Below are positions 38,670-50,294 of a stretch of DNA of 64,000 nucleotides, piece after piece. The stretch lies in NCBI GenBank assembly GCA_951406725.2, contig OX597830.1, positions 52,886,001 through 52,950,000 on the forward strand. Reading direction: 5' to 3'. The stretch is from Octopus vulgaris (Eukaryota). Position 1 is the first letter of the stretch, and each line of letters begins with the position of its first letter. The notes below the pieces were generated by a model that worked only from the letters and a program-made list of their open reading frames with translations, ran no database searches and was not told where the DNA came from. The position numbers were made by a program, and so were the translations under genes.

Positions 38670-39045
38670 ATACCCCTCCGAAGAGGCCTTATGATTTTTT
38701 GTAAATGTCTCATTTATATCTATATATTGACCAACCATAAAGGGCTAATATTGGTAAAATGAGACATACTTATCTACATGGCCGAAACAGCTGTAAGATG
38801 TAATCTATACTTATATTTATATTTACTTATATTTATATTCTCTTTTATATATATTCTACTTATTATACAACATTACTCGTTTATGTACAATTTTTTATGT
38901 ACATTCCTTTATGTACACTGATTTGTTCTGCTTTTTATATTTAACCCTATAGTCTCTTATGTGGTGGTTTAATAAAGTATGTGATTGAGTATTATCTGGT
39001 AATTGATATTTGATTTAGATGTATTTCTCCATTTTCTTATCTTGT
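38670..39045 (+). mobile_element. Penelope-like pLTR fragment (family of 6169-6560)
   Basis: Homologous to 6169-6560 in the opposite orientation; ends at (TA)n. Confidence 0.75.
38674..38799 (+). ncRNA. Hammerhead motif (CCGAAGA variant)
   Basis: ct-CCGAAGA-ggcc...ggcc-GAAA-C-AGCU-GUA-ag; stem I reduced. Confidence 0.65.
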
Positions 39046-39065
39046 ATATATATATATATGTATAT

Positions 39066-39124
<59 letters not shown>

Positions 39125-39127
<3 letters not shown>

Positions 39128-40042
39128 GGTGTCCATAAAGTCTCTTTACAATTTAAAAAAATTATTACAAAGGCAGTTGATGAGATATTTTAACCAGATT
39201 TATTTTATTTTAATAATTGTTTATTAAAGTTTTCATTGATATTTAATTTTTGTGTTTCAGATACTCTGTTGATGGAAGGGAACTGATTCACTGAACCCTA
39301 TAAAATGAGGATGAAGTATTCCTCAAGTGAGTTTGTTTTAGTGACGAGGCGACTTTCATGTTTCAGGGAAATTAAACAGACACAATTTGAGAAACTGGGG
39401 ATCAGAACACCTCCATGTGACTAGGTTGCTTCAACGGGATAGTCCAAGAGTGAATGTGTGGTATGGAATCATGTGCAATCAAATAATTGGTTCATTTTTC
39501 TTCAACGAGGCACAATTACTGCAGATGTTTACCTCGACCTTCTGACCAAATATGTGGCACCACAACTGATTGATTTACAACCAACCATCATTCTCCAGCA
39601 AGATGGTGCACCACCACATTGGGGACGGTATGTTCATCAGTTCCTCAATCAAACATTTCCAGACCGATGGATTGGAAGGGATGGGTCAATTCCATGGCCA
39701 CTGCGTTCACCAGATATCACTCCCTTGGACTTCTTTTTATGGGGTTATGTAAAAGATATCTATATCAAACAAAGATACGGGACATTGCTGACTTGAAGCA
39801 AAGAATTCGTAATGCCATTGCCACCATTGATGAGGCTATCCTACAGTGAACATGGCAAGAAATCGAGTGCCGTCTTGATGTGCTTCGCGCAACTAACGGT
39901 ACCCATACTGAAGTCTATTAAATAACAATTAAAAAAACTTTAATAAACAATTATTACAATAAAACAAATCTGGTTAAGATATTTTGTCAATTGCTTTTGT
40001 AATAAAATTTTAAAATTGTAAAGAAACTTTATGAACATCCTG
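39125..40042 (+). mobile_element. DD41D (rosa/VS) Tc1/mariner transposon, internally deleted, both TIRs present
   Basis: ~110-bp TIRs starting CAGGGTG, TA flanks; FSDEATF, QQDGAPPH, SPDITPLDFFLWG with 41 residues between the 2nd and 3rd D. Confidence 0.92.
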
Positions 40043-40576
40043 TATATAGCTTTGTTAATACAAATGAATAGAGTCGCCACTCAGTACATAAAGTGAAATA
40101 TAATGGTTTCTGATAATAATAGCAGAAGAAAACCCAAATCATCTGTTTATATGCATGTGTGTGTGTATAGAACATGTGCATGTTTGTGTGTGTGTGTGTG
40201 TGTGTCCAAGTCCTTCTTATAACTTTAATCTGCATCCTGTAGTGGGACCCTGGTATAGGAGTTCTGGGAGTTTTGAGGAATGTGGAACTAACTCTTAGTC
40301 ACTGTTGTTCCCAGGTCTACTCTTATCCAGAGTAGTAGCATCTGTTAAGGTCCCAGCTATGGATCAACTAGCATGTGAACAACTGTGAGTGAAGGACCCC
40401 TTGTTCTTGTTAGAACTTCCTTCTAAGACAAGGTGAACTTGTACAAAAGAAATGATGTACAGTTAGTTACTGGTCACTTCAGCCTCTGCTATGCCTCTGG
40501 TTTTATAGCTGACTGCACTGAAAAGGACTGAATGTTGTGCAACACTTTATCTACTCAAAGCAGATTCATACATATA

Positions 40577-40739
40577 GGCGCAGGAGTGGCTGTGTGGTAA
40601 GTAGCTTGCTTACCAACCACATGGTCCCGGGTTCAGTCCCACTGCGTGGCATCTTGGGCAAGTGTCTTCTACAATAGACTCGGGCCGACCAAAGCCTTGT
40701 GAGTGGATTTGGTAGATGGAAACCGAAAGAAACCCATCG

Positions 40740-40804
<65 letters not shown>

Positions 40805-41015
40805 TTGTGTGTCTGTGTTTGTTCCCCCAGCATCGCTTGACAACCGATGCTGGTGTGTTTACATCCCTGTCACTTTGTGGTTCAGCAAGAGAGACTGATA
40901 GAATAATTACTAGTATGACAAAGAATAAGTCCTGGGGTCGATTTGCTTGTCTAAAGGTGGTGCTCCAGCATGGCTGCAGTCAAATGACTGAGACAAATAA
41001 GAGAAAAGAATAAAA
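40577..41015 (+). mobile_element. SINE family A, full length
   Basis: As 34003. Confidence 0.9.
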
Positions 41016-41451
41016 GAAATGGAACTCCTCGGACTCTAGAAATTTTTGCACAGACTTATTGTGTTGAAGTGGTCACAAGTTGACTTCCATCATATACACA
41101 CACACACACACACACACACAATATAATCTAGACAGGGTTATAATCCAAGCTGTGTGTTCTTGAAGCACATCTGCTTATTCCAGTACTTCAAATTTGTAGA
41201 TGTTATATTTGTATGAGGTATGCATAAGAGTTGAAAAATGCTGGAAATGATATATATCAAACCTGCAGAGTAATTACATATCAAAACTGGAGGCTGGAGA
41301 AAAATTTACTATTGTTTGATTCTCTGTCTGCAGAATTTCTGATAGGAGATGCCTTACTTGTTTCTCCTACATGTACAATTTTGTGACTCCTATTAGAAAA
41401 TGAAACACATGTAATGGTGAATAAATACTACCAAAATGTTTTTCCAATCTC

Positions 41452-41489
<38 letters not shown>

Positions 41490-41494
<5 letters not shown>

Positions 41495-42062
41495 CGTTTG
41501 CCAGCTCTGTCTGGCCCCCGTATCAGTGACACGTAAAAGCACCATCCGTTCGTGGCCGTTTGCCAACCCTGTCTGGCCCCCGTGTCAGTGGCATGTAAAA
41601 GCACCATCCGTTCGTGTCCGTTGCCAGCCTCGCCTGGCCCCCATGCCGGTGACACGTAAAAGCACCATCCGTTTTGTGGCTGTTTGCCAGCTCTGTCTGG
41701 CCCTCGTGTTGGTGGCACGTAAAAGCACCATCCGTTCGTGTCCGTTGCCAGCCTCGCCTGGCCCCCGTGCCGGTGACACGTAAGAGCACCATCCGTTTCG
41801 TGGCCGTTTGCCAGCTCTGTCTGGCCCCCGTGTTGGTGGCACGTAAAAGCACCATCCGTTCGTGGCCGTTTGCCAGCTCTGTCTGGCACCTGTGCGGGTG
41901 GCACGTAAAAAGCACCCACTACACTCACGGAGTGGTTGGCGTTAGGAAGGGCATCCAGCCGTAGAAACACTGCCAGATCTGACTGGGCCTGATGAAGCCT
42001 TCTGGCTTCACAGACCCCAGTTGAACCGTCCAACCCATGCTAGCATGGAGAACGGACGCTAA

Positions 42063-42094
<32 letters not shown>
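41490..42094 (+). mobile_element. RTE 3' UTR with ~46-bp tandem repeat array
   Basis: About nine units followed by the conserved 3' end and (GAT)n. Confidence 0.88.
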
Positions 42095-42110
42095 ATATAT
42101 ATATATATAT

Positions 42111-42355
42111 ATTATAGTGGGGTAGGCCAGTTTATGGCCTACTCCACTATAACACTGTTGACCTAAGACCCCTAAAGAGCTCTCAGGCTAGCAGTGTTTG
42201 GGGTCTGAAGATACACTGTAAGGCTAAACCCCTTATGACCGAGAAACCCAGGGTAACCCCATAAACCGTCCTACCCCACTATAATATTAACTGGTCTACA
42301 TCTTGGAGTGTGATTCTCTTCCAGATTTATGTATTTCTACTAGCCATCCTTCATT
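42111..42355 (+). mobile_element. Small hammerhead-bearing element in (TA)n with short inverted repeats
   Basis: IR 42111-42136/42260-42285; local hairpin 42112-42152. Confidence 0.7.
42200..42260 (+). ncRNA. Type I hammerhead motif with canonical core
   Basis: ggggt-CUGAAGA-(imperfect stem II, gtaagg/ccttat)-GAAA-CCCAGG-GUA-acccc. Confidence 0.72.
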
Positions 42356-42374
42356 ATATATATATATATATAAG

Positions 42375-42688
42375 CTTGCGAAGACCTGTTGAGACAAGTG
42401 AAATCAAAATCGATCAAAAAATCAACGGAAATTGTAGTTGTGATACCAGTGCCGGTGACACGTAAAAAGCACCAACCGATCGTGGCCGTTGCCAGCTTTA
42501 CCTGGCAAGTAAAAGGCACCCACTACACTCACGGAGTGGTTGGCGTTAGGAAGGGCATCCAGCTGTAGAAACACTGCCAGATCAGACTGGAGCCTGGTGC
42601 AGTCTCCTGGCTTCTCAGACCCCGGTCGAACCGTCCAACCCATGCTAGCATGGAAAACGGACGTTAAACGATGATGATGATGATGATA
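42375..42688 (+). mobile_element. RTE 3' UTR, short-array version
   Basis: Same 3' end, only 1-2 repeat units. Confidence 0.85.
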
Positions 42689-43528
42689 TATATACATACA
42701 CACACTCATACACATATAATGTATAGATGTATGTGTACATACATGCATATTTACATACATGCATGTATGCATACATATATGTGTGCGTGTGTGTGCATGT
42801 GGTGTCTAAGTTTTCAAACTTTTTTAAAATTCGAATTATCGAAATAACATTTTATCTGAGTGAGTGAAATTGTATTTCTTTACACACTCAATGTCTACCA
42901 CCGAGTTGACACAGGGGAGGGTGGTGGGATGAGAGAGTGAGGGAGGGAGGGGGAGAGAGTGCATGACAAAGAGAGTGTGAGAAAGACTGAGTAAGCAATG
43001 GTGAGTGTGAGAAGGTGAAAGGTTAAGAAGAATCGTGAAGAATGAGGGAGTGGAGAGAAAGAGAAAGAAAGAGAGAGAGAAATGACTGGAAAAAAGGTAG
43101 ATAGGGAGACAGGCATAGATAGAAATAGAGAGAGATAAAGAGGGAGAGAAGACAGAGGAAAAAGAAAGCTAGAGACACTGAATAGAGAGAGGGGGAACAG
43201 AGAGAGAAACAGAAAGACAAATGGGAAAAGAGAGAGAAACTAGGCAGAACAAATATGACAGATATATAGACATGGGGTATGGAAGATAACGAGAGATTTG
43301 GTGAAAGAGAATTAAAGAAAGACAGAGATGGATGAAGGAAGAAGGGTGGGAGATAAAGAAATATAATATGAATGAGAGAAATAGAGAGAGACAGAGAGAT
43401 AGTCATATGATGTGTCAGGGGGAGGGAGAGATAAGGAGAGAGAAAGACACACAAATACACACGCTTGTACACACCCTAGAGACATAAACACACACACATA
43501 CATGGGTATGTATATGTTTATGTGTCTA

Positions 43529-43559
<31 letters not shown>

Positions 43560-43719
43560 ATACATATAGACAGAGGGGGAGACAAGGTTAGGGAGGGAGG
43601 GGAAGAGGAAGAGAAAGATATAAGAAAAAAAACAGAAGCGAGAGAGAGAGGAGGAAAACTGATAAAGAGATGATATAAGAATGAGAGAGGTGGGGTAGAT
43701 AGACAGACAAGAAGACAGT

Positions 43720-44520
43720 CTGATCAACGAGCGACCAGCCATCTGAGTTGCCAACCCATTGCCCTCCCGCCTAATTATCAACTCACCTAACCCAGCTTCA
43801 AACACCCAACCTCTTAATTGTACCTCTTTTGTTGTATACGGAGGTGTGTGCGAACTCTTTCACACACACACACACACATACATACACACGAGATCACATT
43901 TAATATTGGGTCACAAACAGTTTTGACTTGAGGCAGAGCTGTATAGACGGGTTTATTTCACTTTTTTTTCTTCACTTAAACGTTACTGATCGCACTTGTT
44001 GAGTTGAGAAAGAATCTATAACAACAACAACAATAACATTAATATATTGTTACCATTAAAAACAACACATCCATATATAAACAATAACAACACCAGACAA
44101 GTGTTTATTGGAGCCTAAATATATATATATTTATATATAGATAGATATATAGATATAAACTTATATTTACAACTCTCTTACACACGCGCGCGTGCGCTCG
44201 CACGCACGTACACACACACACACTTTTATATATACACTTGACACTGAGAGCATTAGAATCATTTATGATTGTGTCGTGCAGTAAACAACAACGTTCGGAT
44301 ATATACACTCAGTTGACAATATGTTGCAAGTACAGTCGTCGTACCCCAGTAAAGACAATACCCCTAAATCGGTAAGTCATTCCGAGATGGGTTCTCTCAT
44401 CTAGCTGTTTCTTTTTCTTCATGTTCTTTCGCAGGTTTTTTAGTCATTGTACCTTCGCCCTGTTCTGGGACCAGTTTCAAAACAAATCATCTTTCTAAGG
44501 TGCGGAATCGAATTTCGATC
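43720..44520. promoter_or_regulatory. Candidate host promoter / first-exon region
   Basis: Mostly unique, CpG-containing; minus-strand donor AG|GTGAGT at 43787; plus-strand donor G|GTAAGT at 44371; acceptor ttctttcgcag at 44434. Confidence 0.35.
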
Positions 44521-46111
44521 CCCTACCCATACATACATACAAACATACATACATCTCACCAGAAACAGCAAAAAATAACACTTCACAAAACTTCATTAAC
44601 TTTGGTTATTTTCATTTGTATTTTCATTTGTATTATGCAATAATTAGTTGATATCTCTGATTATTTTAAAATGTTTTATGTAATTAATTTTTTTATAGTT
44701 CATTTTCTATTACAAAAAATTATATTTATTTCAATTTTTATAAATTGAATATTATTTTAAGTAAAATTATAGATAGTTCTTATATATCTGTGTATATATG
44801 TGCATGAGTTGAGTTATAATATCTCTGTGAAAGTTTTTTTTTTTTTAAATTTTAATAAGGGGTTTTAAAAAATAAAAGAACTTACAGGATATTTACTGTG
44901 AATATTTATTTTTAATCGATAAGATAAATAAAAATCGATCGAAACAAAGAAATCGAGAATCCAAAATAAGTAAATGGAAGACACATATCTGGGTCTATTT
45001 CAACCTGGTGATATCATTACAGATTTATCCCGTGAAACTTCAAAGAGAGGGGGGTCAGATGTATTTATTGACAACTGCCAAGATGACACATAATCCAAAA
45101 TTCCAACAGTTAATATTCTCTGTTGAAATTATCCGTTTAAATCCAGTTAAATATATAACCTTAGATATATTCTTTACAACCATATGGGATAACAAGATTG
45201 GAACTTTTAATATGAGCCTGGAGCTACCGTAGAGGGCTCAGGGGTTACCATTTTGAGGTATGGGTTTTGAAACTGCTCTATGGGGTTACGGTATATAAAA
45301 TTATCTAAGAATAGTATGAGAAACTTCCGTATGTGACAACTTAGAGTAGGCATCTGTATGTGACAACTTACTGTACACTTTTAACTTAGATTTTTAGCTT
45401 CTGTAGGACGCTTAAGGGGTTACCATCTTTAGGTCTGAGTTTTGAAATTGCTGTTTGAAACTAGGCTATAGAAAATATTTAGACATGTATTTAAAAGGTA
45501 TGAGGTTAGTTGTTTTGAAACCTGTATATGAAAATGAATGTTCTGAAATTTTCATCTTAAAACTTTAAAACTTCCGTGTTATGGTTTAACTATATTGATT
45601 TGTTGATTTTAAAACTCTGTAAGTGTATCTGTGTTGAAACACATATTTTAAAATATTTGTACGTGACTAACATTAATAACCATTATTTTCAAAGTTTGAA
45701 GCATCCTACGGAGGAGGGTTCAATAGTATTAAAAGTCTACACACAGCAAAGTCTACACACATCTATCACAAACGTGTATCAAGCACTCAATGTCATGGAT
45801 GAATAAACACAAACATATTCCGTTCAAAGATCTTAGTTCGAAATGCCAGGGAGTACTCGATACATGTCACAGAGTTATTATTGATACAAGAACAACTTAA
45901 TAGTTTGATATATTTTATGTAGGAAATGAAGTACCAGTCCAGTTCTGATAATCGTTCACCCAAATCTGTAGCCTTTTTATCTTGGGGTCTCATTCTGAGT
46001 TGTCTTTCACACTCGTAACTGTTGAACATGTTATAAGGTTCATGGTTTATGATGATTACATATGTTTATACTGCCTGATTGATGGTTTCTAGTTTCGAGA
46101 GGTTTTGTGAT

Positions 46112-46186
<75 letters not shown>

Positions 46187-46192
<6 letters not shown>

Positions 46193-46527
46193 ATACATGT
46201 GTTCATATTTTGAGTTCTGTTTTTCCTGTCTATATCACCATGTGTGTGTGTGAGTTAACTTGGAGATTATAACAACCGTCTAAAAGATACTTGTATCCAA
46301 TTAATCCACTGGTGGAGATCAATTGTTATTCATCAATTCTATCTCCATTCTCTGCTTTCATTATATATATATATATATTGAAGTTCATGAATTCATCTGA
46401 CGAAAACGTAATGTTTTCATTAATCAATTAAAGGCGTCGTTAGAAACGGCCGTAATGTTTTCATTAATCAATTAAAGGCGTCGTTAGAAACGGCCGTAAT
46501 GGATTGACTTCCGTACCACTAGTGTTA

Positions 46528-46532
<5 letters not shown>
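46187..46532 (+). mobile_element. Hammerhead-bearing element between (TA)n tracts
   Basis: Unique AT-rich segment bounded and interrupted by (TA)n. Confidence 0.55.
46391..46504 (+). ncRNA. Type I hammerhead with intact core and duplicated 3' half
   Basis: attcat-CUGACGA-a-aacg...cgtt-a-GAAA-C-GGCC-GUA-atg(gat); a 44-bp tandem duplication gives two GAAACGGCCGUA boxes. Confidence 0.8.
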
Positions 46533-46570
<38 letters not shown>

Positions 46571-46725
46571 GCACGTGTAGTATTATAGATCAATCTCAAC
46601 CGATTTTACCCATGGTAATCGTCAGAAGGGCTGGCGTGGCAATTCACTGACTATGTATGTATGGATGGATGGATGGATGGATGTTTACTCGAAGTGATGC
46701 TTCTCTGTATGTCTCTCTCTCTCTC

Positions 46726-46776
<51 letters not shown>

Positions 46777-46999
46777 GATTTTCTTGTTTCCAAACACCCT
46801 TATTTGTAAATCTAAATATATTATATTCCATACAGTGGAAGTGTCGCTTATAATAATAATCACATATAATATGTCATGAGTTATTGTTGTCAATTAGTGG
46901 ATCCCTAGAATACTCAGGATATCGTTTCTTCTACTTAATATTAACGGACTATTATTGTTATCTAAAGAGTTCTGTCCCAAAATCATCACACACACACCC

Positions 47000-47165
47000 T
47001 TTTATTTGTTTACTTGTTTCAGTCATTTGAGTATGTCGATGCTGGAGCACCGCCTTTGGTCAAGCAAATCGACACCAGGACTCATTCTTTGCCATACTAG
47101 TACTTATTCTATCGGTGTATTTTGCTGAACTGCTACGTTGTGGGACAAACGCAAACACACACACA

Positions 47166-47234
<69 letters not shown>

Positions 47235-47305
47235 AGTGGCTGTGTCATAAGTAGCTTGTTTACCAACTCCATGGTTCCGGGTTCAGTCCCATTGTGTGGC
47301 CTGTC

Positions 47306-47339
<34 letters not shown>

Positions 47340-47413
47340 GACAGGCCACACAATGGGACTGAACCCGGAACCATGGAGTTGGTAAACAAGCTACTTATGA
47401 CACAGCCACTCCA
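47000..47413 (-). mobile_element. SINE family A copy with an inverted duplication of its head
   Basis: 3' half at 47000-47168; head present twice as a perfect palindrome 47232-47413. Confidence 0.85.
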
Positions 47414-47672
47414 TATATATATAGAGAGAGAGAAAGGGGGAGATTGACATACTTAAAAAGATAACATGCCAAGATAATACATATACACCTATAAGCAGAC
47501 ATTATTAAATTAACAGAAAGTTTTTTGCTTAAAATTTTTTTTTTATAAGTTGGCATGTGACTTAAAAACAAGTTGTCCGAAGTTCAAACCCTGTATCCAC
47601 CTTTATTCTTTCTGTACTAGCTGTTTGTTGTTTTACTATTTCGAGTGGAGAAAAAAGAATTACTACATACCA

Positions 47673-47718
<46 letters not shown>

Positions 47719-48230
47719 TTTTTTCTCCACTCGAAATACTAGGCTTACAAAGAATAAGTCCTGGGTCGATTTCTTCGACTAAAGGCGGTGCTCCAGCATT
47801 TTTTTTACATCACAATTCTTTTTCAAAATTGTTAAGTTTCATTTTGTGGCTATATGTGATGTGTGTCAGTGTGTACTTGTGCGACTTATATTAGATTCCT
47901 ATATAATCGTAGGCATGTACACCATTTGAAAGATATCTGTAGAAAATTTCATTTAAAAATATCTGTTTTTCTGGAAGTTATGAGGAAATAAAGTCGGCAG
48001 GGGTGCACACATGTGTAGGTATGCCTATATATAAATACACACACACACACTAATGTATACACAATATTACATATATACTTACAATACAACAAAACATGAC
48101 ATACATAATATATCTAACAGGCTGCAAACATAGCATGACGTATCTACAAACATATGCATGTACATAGACGTACGTACATACGTTCGCACATATATCTACA
48201 TACATTTACATACAAACACTTATTTACATA

Positions 48231-48438
48231 TTCTGTTGTTTGGGGAGAGTCATTTTCTTTTTGTGCCCTTAACACACTCACCAGTAAAATTTTCACTTTT
48301 TTCTTACTTTTATTGTCCTAAAATTTTCGTTGCGTCTTGCAACCTTTTCAATAGTTTTGACTCTCCCCAGACACAACAGAATATGCTTCAACACACGAAC
48401 TCATATAAAGAATCTTGCAAACCAAATCCCAAAACGAA
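48231..48438. mobile_element. Penelope-like pLTR insertion (inverted + sense fragment) with ~13-bp TSD
   Basis: IR ..ggggagagtca/tgactctcccc..; TSD acttat(t/g)tacata at 48218 and 48439. Confidence 0.75.
48318..48354 (-). ncRNA. Ultra-minimal hammerhead motif, U3-A8 variant
   Basis: cta-UUGAAAA-g-gttgc-aagac-gcaac-GAAA-AU-UU-tag; palindromic AAAATTTT. Confidence 0.65.
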
Positions 48439-48743
48439 ACTTATGTACATAGATATACACATATGACTATGGTACATACAAAATACAATATGCATATATA
48501 CATGCACATACACAAACTCTTTACGTGCATGCATATATACACATAAATACGACGAGGGTGGATGCCATCCTGGACAGGAATAACTCAAGGCCCCTTCCTC
48601 ATATCTGGTTGTACAGAATCCTTTGTAATATTTTGGTGTCCTTTTGTTACTTGTAAACCGTAATTCAGACATTATCACTGAATATTAATAGCAAAAGCAG
48701 TGACATAAACCTCTTAGGACAAAATTCCTTCTTTATATTACAA

Positions 48744-49134
48744 CTAGCAGTATCGCCCGGCGTTGCTTGGGTTTGTTTCAACCCTTTAGAATTGGAATTT
48801 TTGAAAAGTAAAAATTTTACATTATGTAGCTTGTTATTCTCTTTAAGTGAACATTTTTCTGGTTGAAATACACCAAAAAATGGCAACACAGCAGTCACAA
48901 AATTGTAAAAAAATAGGGATTTTCATAGAAAAAAAGCACCTTTTTGATGTAAATAATTTTTGGTCTTAGCATGGTCCAATTTGAATTTCCTCTTCTTCGG
49001 AATGAAGAGCAAGCCTTCTATCATACTCTCAATTTTGGTCAACTTGCGCTGCAGGGTCTCGGAGGCGATAGGTGTTAGTTGAAGGCTACCGAACCTGCCA
49101 TACACAGACAACTTCAGCTTTATATATAGAGAGA
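48744..49134 (-). mobile_element. Non-autonomous Helitron
   Basis: Copy of 13820-14212 with TC start, hairpin and CTAG end. Confidence 0.85.
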
Positions 49135-49157
49135 TATATCATAAACACAGTATTTAG

Positions 49158-49380
49158 TGGAGGTGCATGGCTTAGTGGTTTGGGTGTTGGAATCATGATC
49201 ATAAGATTGTGGTTTCAATCCCTTGGACTGAACGATGTATTATGTTCTTGAGCAAATACTTCATTTCACATTGCTCCAGTCCATTCATCTGGCAAAAATG
49301 ACTATTCCTGCAATGGACCAGCGTCCCATCCAGGGAAGTATTTGCGTGAGACAATATGGGAAACCTACCCTATGAGTCTG
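49158..49380 (+). mobile_element. tRNA-derived SINE (C group), old copy
   Basis: Reverse-complement homologue of 57626-57872. Confidence 0.7.
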
Positions 49381-50294
49381 TAATGACTTTATATAGTTTG
49401 ATGCAGTGAAAATTCAATAAAAGCCTAAATCTATTTTTATTTTAAAATACATTAATTGATTGTGTTTGCACTCCTCTGCTAGTGTAGTCTTTAATGTGGT
49501 AGTTTGTAAAGCCAGTATATACATACACATAATATATATATATATATATATATATATACACCTTCATACATACATCCTAGCCATCTTACATAAACATACA
49601 CTCACAGATATGTCGTGTGTATGTGTGTGGGGGGAGAGAGAGAGAGAGAAAAGGAAGAAAATGGAGAAATTGACATGCAGACATCAGTTTATTCAAAGAT
49701 ATTCAATTCCATATAACAAAATTCCTGTCCTACAGCCGTTTCCACATCCAATTAGTTCAATTACAGAAATTAAATTAATTTAATTTAAATTTTCATATTG
49801 AAACTAGTTAATTTGGTATTTCATCAGGGAAGAATTTTCCCCAAATTTTTACACCTCTGGTATTTTTCCAAAAATTTTTTTTTTTTTTTTTTTCTAAATT
49901 ACATCTACCTATTACTTGTATTTCTATTCACCCATCTCATTATTACTCATAGCTTTCTATCTCTCATCTCCTCTCAGCCTTTGCTGATAATATCTTCATC
50001 ATTCTGCCCACTTGCCCTTCAGTGGTCCTATTCATAGGAGACTGCATTAGCCTACTACCATCTCACACACACCTTCCAATACACTAACTTCCTTATGGTG
50101 TGCTGCCAGCCAACACTCTCTCTCAGGACCATTTCTATCTCCACTCTTCACCTACTCTCACCTTTACCTCATCATCCACCTCTACTTTTGTTCACCTCTG
50201 CTATTGCTAATCACTTACACTCACCTCTAAACAACTCTAAATATCCCTACATCCTTCCCATCATTCTCTCGTTCCTTCCATCTGCCAACTCATT

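Noticed and set aside
41989-42015. CTGATGA plus hairpin in RTE 3' UTR
   Set aside because: No GAAA box, and the motif is not conserved in sister copies (ctgatgtag, ctggtgcag)
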